The notes below the pieces were generated by a model. That model was not told where the DNA came from. It saw only the letters and a program-made list of their open reading frames with translations, and searched no databases. A program made the translations under genes and the position numbers. This document shows positions 25,360 through 34,922 of a DNA stretch of 44,375 bases, piece by piece. Source of the stretch: Candidatus Hadarchaeota archaeon (GTDB taxonomy: Archaea > Hadarchaeota > Hadarchaeia > Hadarchaeales > Hadarchaeaceae). Positions within the stretch are counted from its first letter, which is position 1. Each line of letters begins with the position of its first letter. The stretch lies in the NCBI GenBank assembly GCA_040755315.1, contig JBFMBF010000007.1:1-44375 (forward strand), in the 5' to 3' direction.

Positions 25360-27414
25360 TCACAAAATTTTCTCAACTACTCGAACCCTAACGTGCAACT
25401 TGCCATCCAGCTTGTAGAATTCAGCTGCGGCACTGAACCTGCGGCCTTTTTTGAGCAGCTGCCTCGGGCCATTGTAGGCAGCCGGCGTGAGCAGGGCCGG
25501 CCACCTGTCGTCAACAAACAGGACGGCTTCTCCCCTGCCTATCTTCTTGACTTCGAACGTGTGGAAGTCCTGTTTTATTGGCTCAGCGGCGCCGCGAGGT
25601 AGAATTTTCCCCCCAACCACATCCACCTGCTCTTCAGCCACCAGCCTTTTCAGCGCCTCCTTCAACATGCCGCGCGTCGCCGGGTCATTTTCAATCTCAT
25701 CTAGGCTCACGCCCTCCCGGCCACGTTTCAGGGTTCTCTCCAGCAGCTCCCCGGCAGCTTTCCTAGCCTCCCTGCCAAACTCCTGCTGCCCGGCCCTCCA
25801 CCCTTCCTCATCAAGCTCGGCAATCGGCGCCGGCGGCCCCTCGGAGTAAATCTCGTCTGGCGCCATCCGGTCAACTTCAGGAGGCGGCCCGGTCCTGAGA
25901 ATAGGCTGCAGCTCCGAGTTCAGCTTCTTGATTATCCTCTTCATCCTCTCGGCCATCTTCTTGCTGCCCTTCAGATAAGAAACGTCGAGTGTCCCCTCCG
26001 CCGCGAGGATTATGACCTTCCCGAAGTTCCCCCTGCCTGTCCTGCCCTTCCTCTGAATGTACCTGATCTCGCTCGGGACCGGCTCGTAGAACAGCACCAT
26101 GTCGACGTTCGGGATGTCCAGTCCCTCCTCTCCAATGCTTGTGGCCACTAGCACGTTGAAACCGCCGTCCCTGAAGCTCTCGAGTGCCGCGGCCTGCTCC
26201 TCCTGGCTCATCCCAGCCTCACCCTCCCTGTCCGCCTGCCCGACGAACCTCCTTGCCGAAACGCCAAGTCCCGAGAGCCTGGAGACAATCGAGGCGGCGG
26301 TAGACCTGTACTGGGTGAAAACCATGATTTTGGAATTGCTGTTCGAGGAAATTTGCCCGCACACCAGCTCTTCCAACAGGCGCATCTTTGGGTGATCCTC
26401 TAGCGATTCGAGAACATCAAAAATTTCAGCGGCCTCCAACTCTTTGACCACCCCCCTGTGGCTCCTCTTCTCGCTCCTTCTCACCCTGTCCATGAAGTCG
26501 CGGAATGTGTGGGAACCCTGGCTCTCCAGCAGCTCCAGCGCGTGGTAGAGTGTGAGGGCGGATGACTGCAGACCCAGGGCGCCGAAAAGCATTCCCCTGT
26601 TCCGCGGGCCAGCCTTCAGCCTCCGCATGAGCTCGTCGCCCGCCAGCACCAGATCCCTCCTGAAGATGTACTTCGGGTGCTTCCTGACCACGCCCATTTT
26701 TGCTAGGGAGCTGAGCCTCCTCTCAAGGGCCTTATTGATAGCGTCGCGGACGGGGCCGTATGACTCCGGCAGCTTGACGAACTTCCACTCCAACGCCACG
26801 GGACTGACGTAGGGCTTGACGTCCTCATCATCTTCTGTCCTGGCCTCCACATGCTCGATGAAGAGGGCGCGGCATATCTCCTCTATCTTCTCCCTGTCGG
26901 CGCCGGGGCTGGCGGTCATGCCGAGAATCAGCGGATATTGGGAATCCCTGGCGTATGCCTGGGCCACTTTCGTGTAGGAATAATTCTTCCTGGCGCGGTG
27001 GCATTCGTCGAACATCAGGAGGCTGAAATCCTTCAGGCTCAGGCCCCCCTCGCTGTCGTTGTTCACAACCTGAGGCGTGGCAAAGTAGAGTCTGGCTGGT
27101 CCGTTCCAAGCGTTGAGGCGGTGGTTGGGCGGGCTCCTTCCGGTCAGTATTTCCGCGTCCCCGGGGCGGAGCTTCAGAAACCTGAGGAAGGTGTCGCGGT
27201 GCTGGAGCACCAGGGGCCTCGTCGGGGCCATGACCAGGACCTTGTGTCGCCGGTGGTTGTAGAGGAAGTCGGCCGCTACTAGCGCGGCTATGACCGTCTT
27301 TCCGAGCGCGGTCGGGAGCACCACGAGGGTGTTCTTCTTGACGGCCTCGGAAGCGATATTTTCCTGGTAGTCTCTCTGCTGGATCAGCTCTTTCCTCAGC
27401 AGCGGGTTCTCCAT
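25360..27414 (-). CDS. Hef/FANCM-like SF2 helicase
   Basis: RDYQ, LPTALGKT, APTRPLV, FDECHRA, MTASPG, EEGLDIP, IQRKGRTGR. Start between 27414 and 27459. Confidence 0.9.
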   Translation of the reverse strand: MENPLLRKELIQQRDYQENIASEAVKKNTLVVLPTALGKTVIAALVAADFLYNHRRHKVLVMAPTRPLVLQHRDTFLRFLKLRPGDAEILTGRSPPNHRLNAWNGPARLYFATPQVVNNDSEGGLSLKDFSLLMFDECHRARKNYSYTKVAQAYARDSQYPLILGMTASPGADREKIEEICRALFIEHVEARTEDDEDVKPYVSPVALEWKFVKLPESYGPVRDAINKALERRLSSLAKMGVVRKHPKYIFRRDLVLAGDELMRRLKAGPRNRGMLFGALGLQSSALTLYHALELLESQGSHTFRDFMDRVRRSEKRSHRGVVKELEAAEIFDVLESLEDHPKMRLLEELVCGQISSNSNSKIMVFTQYRSTAASIVSRLSGLGVSARRFVGQADREGEAGMSQEEQAAALESFRDGGFNVLVATSIGEEGLDIPNVDMVLFYEPVPSEIRYIQRKGRTGRGNFGKVIILAAEGTLDVSYLKGSKKMAERMKRIIKKLNSELQPILRTGPPPEVDRMAPDEIYSEGPPAPIAELDEEGWRAGQQEFGREARKAAGELLERTLKRGREGVSLDEIENDPATRGMLKEALKRLVAEEQVDVVGGKILPRGAAEPIKQDFHTFEVKKIGRGEAVLFVDDRWPALLTPAAYNGPRQLLKKGRRFSAAAEFYKLDGKLHVRVRVVEKIL

Positions 27415-27577
27415 CAGATTAGGCGCCACTTTCTCCCCTTCCCGACCTTGCGGAGTCAACTCTGCGCTTTGGTCTTATGGAGTTTGCGCCGGGTGGTGGG
27501 TCGCCGAACTCACTAGCGCGAAACCAGCAAGTCCACGACGCCGCTGCTCAAACAAAACCGCTGCCGCAGCGCCGTCG

Positions 27578-27925
27578 TCAGACCTCTATGACTTCCCTGG
27601 CCGACTTCATCCTCTCAGGAATCCCCGGACTGACGTCCGCCACTCCCTTGAGGAGGTCCTCGAGCTTCTCCTCGTGGAGCAGTCTCTTGTATTCCTTCAA
27701 CTCCTCGGAACTTCTTAGGAACAGCCCGCGCTTCTTCGTGGGGTTGCCGGTAGCGTCCACAGGGTTGACCTCCACGACAAGGCGTGGGGCGGCCTTCCCA
27801 TAGGCCGGGATTTTCATTATGAAGACACCGCGGATGCTCGTGGGCTTCCTCTCCCATTCCACTCCCTCCTTCAGGAACTCCTTGAGGGATTCGACCAACT
27901 TTGAATCAACCATACTATTCACCAT
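27578..27925 (-). CDS. Hypothetical protein
   Basis: Globular-looking, charged ORF of about 110-120 aa co-oriented with its neighbours. Start uncertain (27913, 27925 or 27943). Confidence 0.65.
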   Translation of the reverse strand: MVNSMVDSKLVESLKEFLKEGVEWERKPTSIRGVFIMKIPAYGKAAPRLVVEVNPVDATGNPTKKRGLFLRSSEELKEYKRLLHEEKLEDLLKGVADVSPGIPERMKSAREVIEV

Positions 27926-28038
27926 AGTTGTTGCGGCCTCCAAACCAATAAGGCTTTTGTATAAGCCATTGGCTGTATCTTGGAGGTTGCTATATCGAAA
28001 CGAAATGTTATTGCAACTGCTCCGTGCCAGCCGATGTC

Positions 28039-29088
28039 CTACTCGATTATGTCGATTTTTGACAGAATCTTCCGCTGCTCTTCGGTTATCTCGATGGGGT
28101 GCGGCCTCTCCGGGACGCTGACTTCCTTCACCTCGCCGAACAGCAGGGTGGAGAAGTAGCGGAACCCATGGTCGTTCAGCATCGTCACTATCCTCTTGAG
28201 CTCCGGGTGCTTATTGTGGAGCCTTATGCAGGCCTCGACGTTGGCGCCGCTTGATATGCCCACGAAGAGCCCCTCGTCCCTGGCTATCCTCTTTGTCATC
28301 CAGATGGCCTTTTCCGAAGAAACCATGATGGCGCCGTCGGTTAGTGAGATGTCAAAAATGCTCGGGATGAAGCCGTCGCCAATCCCCTCTATCCTATGGG
28401 TCCCCCACTTCTGCTTCGTGAGGACCGGGCACTCCTCCGGCTCAACGGCGTAAATCTTCACGTTCGGGTTTTTTTCCTTCAAATACTTGGCCACGCCAGT
28501 GAGGGTCCCGCCCGTCCCTACCGTGGCCACAAATGCGTCCACCTTCCCGCCTGCCTGCTCCCAGATCTCCGGCCCAGTCGTCTCGTAGTGGGCCTCAACG
28601 TTCTTCTCGTTGTTGAACTGGTTGACCCAGAAGTAGTGGCCCGGGTCCACGGCTATCAAATCCTTCGCCTGCTTCACGGCCAAATCAACGTCGGACTCCG
28701 CCCCGGGGAAAGTCATGAGCTTGGCTCCGAAGGCCCTGATGGCCTTCATCCTCTCCTCGCTCATGCCCGCAGGAATTATAATAACGACGGGAAAGCCGAG
28801 GTATGTGGCGAACATCGCGGTGGCAATCCCCGTGTTGCCAGTGGTGCTTTCGACCACCGTCATTCCGGGCTTGAGTTTTCCTTCCTTCATGGCGTCCGTC
28901 AAAATCTTCACCAGCACCCTGTCCTTCAGGCTGCCGGAAGGGTTCATGAACTCCGCCTTCCCGAAGAGCTCCATGTCCGGGAGGCCAGCCAGCTTAGGGA
29001 GCCTGCCCATCTTTATAAGAGGCGTCCCCCCGACCAGATCGCGAATGTCGCCGACGGCCCTCTTGAACTTGTCCCACTTTATTTCCAT
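28039..29088 (-). CDS. cysK: PLP-dependent cysteine synthase family protein
   Basis: KAEFMNPSGSLKDR, ESTTGNTG, HYETTGPEI, GTGGT, IEGIG, GISSG. Start taken at MEIKW. Confidence 0.88.
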   Translation of the reverse strand: MEIKWDKFKRAVGDIRDLVGGTPLIKMGRLPKLAGLPDMELFGKAEFMNPSGSLKDRVLVKILTDAMKEGKLKPGMTVVESTTGNTGIATAMFATYLGFPVVIIIPAGMSEERMKAIRAFGAKLMTFPGAESDVDLAVKQAKDLIAVDPGHYFWVNQFNNEKNVEAHYETTGPEIWEQAGGKVDAFVATVGTGGTLTGVAKYLKEKNPNVKIYAVEPEECPVLTKQKWGTHRIEGIGDGFIPSIFDISLTDGAIMVSSEKAIWMTKRIARDEGLFVGISSGANVEACIRLHNKHPELKRIVTMLNDHGFRYFSTLLFGEVKEVSVPERPHPIEITEEQRKILSKIDIIE

Positions 29089-29135
29089 TCGACCCCATAA
29101 ACTCATAAATCTCCGGCTTAAATCTCCTTGGTGCA

Positions 29136-30335
29136 ATGATGAAATCAGCTTTCGTCTTCGCAGTGATGCTGATGCTCGCCGGGGCCGCCGCAGCGGACGA
29201 GTGGCCCGCGTTCAAACATGACGCCCAGAGAACAGGTTACGGTCAGCTGGGTCCGGAGAACGGCGAGGTAGCCTGGACCTTCTCGGCGGCCGGATCATTT
29301 TCCTCGCCCGTCATCACCAACTACATCATTTACATCGGCTCCTCAGATGGCACACTGCGGGCGGTGGATGTGTTCAACGGCCGCGAGGTCTGGTCCTTCA
29401 GGGCTGGCGACGAAGTCTCCACGCCAACTGTGTCCGGCGGCCGCGTCTACTTCGGCTCGCGCGACAACTCCGTCTATTGTCTGAATGCCGTCACCGGTGA
29501 AAACATCTGGAAATACACGACCGGAGACGCCGTCTACTCCTCCCCTGCAATTGTCGACAACACGGTCTACATCACCTCGACCGACAACCGACTCTATTCC
29601 CTGAGCGCCCAGACAGGGGGCCTCATCTGGTCCGCTGACCTCGGAGCCAAGATTACGGCTTCCCCGGCTGTCCAGAGCGGAAGGGTGTTCGTGGGTACCT
29701 GGGCGGGGGCGATGGTCTCAATAGGTTCCGACGGCTCTGAGATCTGGCGGAAGCAGCTGGGCGGCCAAGGTGCTTTTGAAAACTACGCGATAGTGTCCAC
29801 CGCCGCCGTCTCGGGTGCCATGCTCTACGTGGGCTCCAACGACGGGAACCTCTACGCCCTCAACTCGGGGACTGGACAGGAAATCTGGAAGTTCACAACG
29901 GCGGGGCAGGTCCAATCATCCCCTGCGATTGCGGACAACGCGGTCTACTTCGGCTCGGTGGACGGCTACATCTACGCCGTCGATGCCACGGGAGAGTCGC
30001 TGAGGTGGAAGAAGAAAACAGACGGAGAGGTCAACTCATCCCCTGCGTTGGCCGGAGGAAGGGTCTTCGTCACATCTTCGGACGGGTTTCTTTACAACAT
30101 CGTGGCGGAGAGCGGAGAACTGGCCTGGAGAATCCAACTGGGGAGCATGGTGAAAAACTCTCCCGCCATCGCCTACGAGAAGGCCTTCGTGAGCACTAAC
30201 GATGGGAGGCTCCACTGCGTCGGGAGTTGGGGGAAAGCGCCGGGAGGGAACGTCGAGAAGGGGTTGTTATTTCTCGCAATCGCCATAACTTTCTTCTTCA
30301 TCCTCAGGTGGCTCGGGAAGCACAGGCCCACTTGA
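29136..30335 (+). CDS. Secreted PQQ-like (BamB-type) beta-propeller repeat protein with C-terminal membrane anchor
   Basis: Signal peptide, repeated SSPA..VYxGSxDGxLYAL..TG..W units, C-terminal hydrophobic helix. Confidence 0.85.
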   Translation: MMKSAFVFAVMLMLAGAAAADEWPAFKHDAQRTGYGQLGPENGEVAWTFSAAGSFSSPVITNYIIYIGSSDGTLRAVDVFNGREVWSFRAGDEVSTPTVSGGRVYFGSRDNSVYCLNAVTGENIWKYTTGDAVYSSPAIVDNTVYITSTDNRLYSLSAQTGGLIWSADLGAKITASPAVQSGRVFVGTWAGAMVSIGSDGSEIWRKQLGGQGAFENYAIVSTAAVSGAMLYVGSNDGNLYALNSGTGQEIWKFTTAGQVQSSPAIADNAVYFGSVDGYIYAVDATGESLRWKKKTDGEVNSSPALAGGRVFVTSSDGFLYNIVAESGELAWRIQLGSMVKNSPAIAYEKAFVSTNDGRLHCVGSWGKAPGGNVEKGLLFLAIAITFFFILRWLGKHRPT

Positions 30336-30344
30336 AGCGCTCCC

Positions 30345-30887
30345 TCAAAGGAGCCTCACCCTGAGCTTGGAGAAATCCTCTTTCACCTCTGCACTGAACT
30401 TCATGCAGTCCATAAAATCTTTCACTATTTCTTTGACAAATTTTTTGGTCGCGTTTGAGTTCAACACCAAGGTAAAATCTTTTTCTGAATTCTTGACCAG
30501 CCTGAAAAAATTGCACGCTTCCAGCCTTTCAAGCAGCTCTTCCGGGGTGCGGACCTTGCTCCGGAGCTGTTCGGCATGCGCCAGCGCCACCGCCCGGCAC
30601 CCCTTCCAGAACTTCTCCTTCTTGGGCGAGGAGTCGATGAGATTGAGAAGAAGAATCCAGTGGTCCATATCTAAGATTATGTGCTCGCCGCTTGACAGCA
30701 TGTCCACGTAAAGGTCAACCTTTTTGTCCCTGGTTTTGAGGAGCCCCTTGTTCTCGTCGTAAAACTTCAGCGCCCGCCTCATCAGCGCGCTTTGTGAGAC
30801 TCCCTCCTCCTTCCTGAGCTTGTCGAATATCTGGAAGGAACCCTCATCCAATGCGATGGTAACCCTGGCTAGATTTTTTACCGTCAT
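30345..30887 (-). CDS. CopG/ribbon-helix-helix transcriptional regulator
   Basis: RVTIALDE..SQSALMRRAL N-terminal RHH plus a C-terminal domain of unknown function. Confidence 0.75.
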   Translation of the reverse strand: MTVKNLARVTIALDEGSFQIFDKLRKEEGVSQSALMRRALKFYDENKGLLKTRDKKVDLYVDMLSSGEHIILDMDHWILLLNLIDSSPKKEKFWKGCRAVALAHAEQLRSKVRTPEELLERLEACNFFRLVKNSEKDFTLVLNSNATKKFVKEIVKDFMDCMKFSAEVKEDFSKLRVRLL

Positions 30888-30955
30888 TCCGGACCCCTAT
30901 AGATTTCCAAAGCGCTAATAAATAACTTGGCGCCCGACATCAGAAAATTCAAAAA

Positions 30956-31690
30956 TCAGTACGAGTAAATCTGCCCATACGGGCGGTGGGAAAACGGCAC
31001 CAATTTTGTAAACTCCCTGCCCATGACCTCTTCCATGCTGGTGGAGAACCTGGAACAGAACTCCTCCAAGGGTCTCCTGATTTTTTTGTAATCGTCCTCG
31101 GCCGGCCGCTCCATCCTAATCTCCTTCCCAATCTGGTATTTTTCCACCTTCCCGCTGATGTACATCTCCCCTCCATGCATGCCCGTGCCAACGTAATTCC
31201 CGACAATAGGGCCCTTCTGGGGTCCATCAAGACCAAGCACTATCAAAAGGCCCCCGGCCATGTATTCCCCTAAGAAATCTCGCGCCCGGCCGCCCACCAC
31301 AATCTCCGGGTAAGAACTTTTGTAAGCTTTCATGTGAATACCGGTGCGGTAGCCGACGCTGCCCCGGATGTATATCTCACCGCCCCGCATGGCGTACCCC
31401 ACTATGTCCCCCGCGTCCCCATCCACAACGACCTTCCCGGAGTTCATGGTGTTGCCGACGCCGTCCTGCGCGTTGTTGTTCACGATCACGGTGGGGCCGT
31501 CCATGAAAGCCGCCAGGTCATTGCCTGGCACGCCGTTTATTTGAATCACTGCGTCCCCGGAGAGCCCATCACCGATGTAACGCTGCCCGTTCACGTTGTC
31601 GATGACTATCTCTTTCTCCCCGCTTGCCACCGCGGAGTGAATCAGCTCATTCAGCTTTCGGTACGGCATCTCGCCGGCATTTATCCTCAT
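30956..31690 (-). CDS. Glutamate synthase large subunit domain 3 (GXGXG beta-helix)
   Basis: NGQRYIG, GNTMNSG, GYAMRGG, GEYMAGG, GMHGG repeats. Confidence 0.9.
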   Translation of the reverse strand: MRINAGEMPYRKLNELIHSAVASGEKEIVIDNVNGQRYIGDGLSGDAVIQINGVPGNDLAAFMDGPTVIVNNNAQDGVGNTMNSGKVVVDGDAGDIVGYAMRGGEIYIRGSVGYRTGIHMKAYKSSYPEIVVGGRARDFLGEYMAGGLLIVLGLDGPQKGPIVGNYVGTGMHGGEMYISGKVEKYQIGKEIRMERPAEDDYKKIRRPLEEFCSRFSTSMEEVMGREFTKLVPFSHRPYGQIYSY

Positions 31691-32964
31691 ACCTCAGTCC
31701 CCTCGCCAACAACGGTATGCTTCCTGAAAGTCTCCGGCAGCCACACCAGCCCAAAATCGTCGCGCAGGAGAACGTCCTTGAAAATGCGGACATTTTCCCT
31801 GCTTTTTATCAGCGCCCTGAACACGCCGGCCCGGTCTATTTTATTGACAAATATCGCCCCGACTATAACATCGTCCTTCAGCACTATCTTTTTGTAAGCT
31901 CTCTGGGCCTTTTCATGGCGCTCAAGCACCTCGTAATCATTCTCCTGGGGATCTGTAAGCCCGATTGAGATTGTCGGAACGTCGCATATCTCCACAGCGT
32001 TCATAGCAAAACTGCCATCGTACGCCTCCGCATTCCCTGCCATATTCAACCCGGCGATGCTCCCTTGAAGGTGGGCGTTCGGCCATATGGCAATCTGCCT
32101 TGTCGTGGCCGTGACAATATCATAGGCCTCGACAACGTCCCCGGCCGCGTAGATGTCCGGCAGATTAGTCCGCATGCGGTCGTCCACAAGGATGCCCTTT
32201 CGCACCTTTATCCCGGCGCCTTTCGCAAGTTCTGTGTTAGGCGCTACCCCTATGGCAAAAACCACGAGCTGGCAGTGCACCTCGGCTCCGCCCCGCAAGA
32301 CCACTTTTTTCACCCACTCCCTGCCTGGGATCCTCCATATGGTGCTATTTGTTATGAGCTCACAGCCTTTCTCCCGCAGGGCCGTCTCCACAATTTCAGA
32401 TGCCTTCCTGTCAAAAGTGGCGGAGAGTATCCTGTCAGCGAGCTCTACTATGGTAACCTTTATGCCGCGGGCGATGAGGGCCTCGGCTGTTTTCAACCCT
32501 ATCAGCCCCCCGCCCACCACTACTGCGTTTTTCACATCGTTCTTCTTTATGAACTCGTCCATCTTCCTCGCGTCGTCCAGCGTGGTAAAAGTGAAAACTC
32601 CCGGCAAGTCCTTGCCTTCCACCTCTGGAACAATCGGGCGGCCACCAGTCGCCAAAAGCAGTTTTTGGTAGGGCAGAATCGTGCCGTCGTTTAGCACCAC
32701 TTTTTTATCCTCAGGATGGACGGCTACGGCTTCCTTCCCAAGAACCTCTTCAACTTTGTATTTTCTGTACAGGCCGGGACTCCCGTACGACATCTTGCTT
32801 TCGTCGATCTGGCCCGCCAGCAGGTACGTGATCAAAGGTCTGGAGTACAGCGGGTGGGGCTCGTTCGACACTACTGTAATTTTTCCGTCTTTGTCTGCCG
32901 CTCTTATGCTCTCGACCGCCCCGATTGCCGCGGCGGAACTTCCGATTATGAGATATTTCGTCAC
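31687..32964 (-). CDS. NAD(P)/FAD-dependent oxidoreductase (NirB N-terminal/rubredoxin reductase-like)
   Basis: YSRPL, LLLATG, VVGGGLIG, IYAAGDV. GTG at 32964 follows GGAGGAG. Confidence 0.88.
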   Translation of the reverse strand: MTKYLIIGSSAAAIGAVESIRAADKDGKITVVSNEPHPLYSRPLITYLLAGQIDESKMSYGSPGLYRKYKVEEVLGKEAVAVHPEDKKVVLNDGTILPYQKLLLATGGRPIVPEVEGKDLPGVFTFTTLDDARKMDEFIKKNDVKNAVVVGGGLIGLKTAEALIARGIKVTIVELADRILSATFDRKASEIVETALREKGCELITNSTIWRIPGREWVKKVVLRGGAEVHCQLVVFAIGVAPNTELAKGAGIKVRKGILVDDRMRTNLPDIYAAGDVVEAYDIVTATTRQIAIWPNAHLQGSIAGLNMAGNAEAYDGSFAMNAVEICDVPTISIGLTDPQENDYEVLERHEKAQRAYKKIVLKDDVIVGAIFVNKIDRAGVFRALIKSRENVRIFKDVLLRDDFGLVWLPETFRKHTVVGEGTEV

Positions 32965-32965
32965 G

Positions 32966-33403
32966 CTACTCCTCCTCCAGTACAAGCGCCTCGTTCGGAC
33001 AATGTTTCACGCACGCCGGCTCCTCCGCCCCAATGCACATGTCGCACTTCGATATCACCTTCTTCTCCCGCCCCCGGCCAATCACTCCGAACGGGCACAT
33101 CATGATGCACATCCAGCAGCCGACGCACCTGTCCTCGTCGCACAGTACCGCACCAGTTTTCGGATCCCTGTGCATCGCCCCCGTTATGCAGGCCCTTATG
33201 CATGGGGCGTCCTCGCAGTGCCTGCATTGAATCGCAAACGAGAGATAATCCTTCTCCTCCACCAAGATCCTCGGCACCGGCTTGGGATACTCCCCCCTGT
33301 AAGCCTTGACTAGGTCCTTTGACTTGGAGTGCTGGACGGCGCAGTATATCTCGCACAGCCGGCACCCCATGCAGTACTGTTCCCTTATGTGGATTTTCTT
33401 CAC
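32966..33403 (-). CDS. 4Fe-4S dicluster (HycB/CooF-like) protein
   Basis: CMGCRLCEIYC, CRHCEDAPC, CVGCWMCIMMCP, KCDMC..CVKHCP. Start at 33403 or 33421. Confidence 0.9.
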   Translation of the reverse strand: MKKIHIREQYCMGCRLCEIYCAVQHSKSKDLVKAYRGEYPKPVPRILVEEKDYLSFAIQCRHCEDAPCIRACITGAMHRDPKTGAVLCDEDRCVGCWMCIMMCPFGVIGRGREKKVISKCDMCIGAEEPACVKHCPNEALVLEEE

Positions 33404-33404
33404 G

Positions 33405-34922
33405 CTACCAGGCCTCACCAACGTGCTTTATCCCGAGCATCTCAAGTTCGATGTCGCTCAGTCCCACCCCCCTGAGCTGCTCCCGGTTCCCCCTCAGGCT
33501 CTCGATGGCGTTTATCCCCATCCCGCCTATCATCTCCTTTATCTCTAGGGACCAGGCCCTGAGAAGGTTGTTCAGCCTCCTCGTCGCGATTTCGGGGTTC
33601 AGCCTTTTCGTCAAGTACGGGTCTTGCGTCGCTATCCCCCAGTTGCACTTCCCCGTGTAACACTTCTGGCAAATCGTGCAGCCCATAGCAACAAGCGCCG
33701 AGGTGGCTATGTACACGGCGTCGGCCCCCAAGGCGATGGCTTTCACCACGTCCGAGCTCTTCCTAAAACCTCCGGCGACTACCAAGGACGCCTGGTTCCT
33801 GATGCCCTCCTCCCTAAGCTGGGTGTCCACGACCGCTGTCGCGACCTCGATGGGTATCCCGACATTGTCCCGGATGACCTTCGGCGCCGCCCCCGTGCCG
33901 CCCCTCACGCCGTCTATGACTATGAAGTCCGCCCCCGCCCTCACTATCCCGCTTGATATCGGCGCGACGTTGTGCACTGCCGCAATCTTCACCCCGACGG
34001 GTTTCTTGTACCTCGTCGCCTCTTTCAACGCGTAGATAAGCTGCCGCAGGTCTTCTATCGAGTAGATGTCATGGTGGGGTGCTGGCGACAGGGCATCCGT
34101 CCCTATCGGTATCATCCTCGTCTCGCTTATGGACTCGGTGACTTTTTCACCCGGGAGGTGGCCGCCGATGCCAGGCTTCGCCCCCTGCCCTATTTTTATC
34201 TCGATTGCCGCGCCGGTGTTCAGGTATTCCCGGGTGACCCCAAACCTGCCCGACGCGACTTGGACGATGGTGCGACCGCCATACTTGTAAAAGTCCTTGT
34301 GCAGGCCTCCCTCCCCCGTGTTCCAGAATGTCCCAAACTCAGTGGCGGCGCGCGCCAGCGCCAGAGAAGCGTTGTAGCTTATGGAGCCGTAAGACATGGC
34401 ACTGAACATGACGGGGGCCTCCAGTTCCAGCTGCGGCGAGATTTCCGTGGTGAGCTTTGGATCACTTGAACTTTCTAAATCTATTCTGTCCGGTTTTCGC
34501 CCTACGAAAGTCTTCAATTCCATGGGCTCGCGGAGGGGATCTATCGACGGGTTTGTCACCTGGGACGCGTTGATGACGATGCGGTCCCAATAATTTGTGT
34601 ATGGCTTGTCGCAGCCCATTCCAGTCAGGATCACTCCGCCCGTCCCAGCCTGGCGTTTGATGTCGGTTATGACCTCGGAGGTCCAGTTGAAGTTCTCCCT
34701 GTACTCGGACCTAGTGCGCTCGACGGCCAGCGCCGAGGTCGGACATATGGCTTCGCAGAAGTGGCAGCCGACGCATTTGGTGGTGTCGCTCACTATAACG
34801 TCATTTTCAGAGTCGTAAGCGTGGACATCGTTGGAACACATCCTGACGCATGCTTGGCATCTTATGCACTTCTCATCGTCTCTGTTTATCGTGAAACCAA
34901 AAGGCGGCGTTGATTTAACCAT
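33405..34922 (-). CDS. Glutamate synthase FMN-binding subunit with N-terminal ferredoxin domain
   Basis: AMSYGSIS, NTGEGG, QVASGRFGV, IKIGQGAKPGIGGHLPG, HHDIYSIEDL, CTICQKC. Confidence 0.95.
   Translation of the reverse strand: MVKSTPPFGFTINRDDEKCIRCQACVRMCSNDVHAYDSENDVIVSDTTKCVGCHFCEAICPTSALAVERTRSEYRENFNWTSEVITDIKRQAGTGGVILTGMGCDKPYTNYWDRIVINASQVTNPSIDPLREPMELKTFVGRKPDRIDLESSSDPKLTTEISPQLELEAPVMFSAMSYGSISYNASLALARAATEFGTFWNTGEGGLHKDFYKYGGRTIVQVASGRFGVTREYLNTGAAIEIKIGQGAKPGIGGHLPGEKVTESISETRMIPIGTDALSPAPHHDIYSIEDLRQLIYALKEATRYKKPVGVKIAAVHNVAPISSGIVRAGADFIVIDGVRGGTGAAPKVIRDNVGIPIEVATAVVDTQLREEGIRNQASLVVAGGFRKSSDVVKAIALGADAVYIATSALVAMGCTICQKCYTGKCNWGIATQDPYLTKRLNPEIATRRLNNLLRAWSLEIKEMIGGMGINAIESLRGNREQLRGVGLSDIELEMLGIKHVGEAW

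Noticed and set aside
29136..30335. Repetitive DNA suggesting an array
   Set aside because: The periodicity is explained by beta-propeller protein repeats. No CRISPR repeat-spacer structure was seen anywhere in the window.
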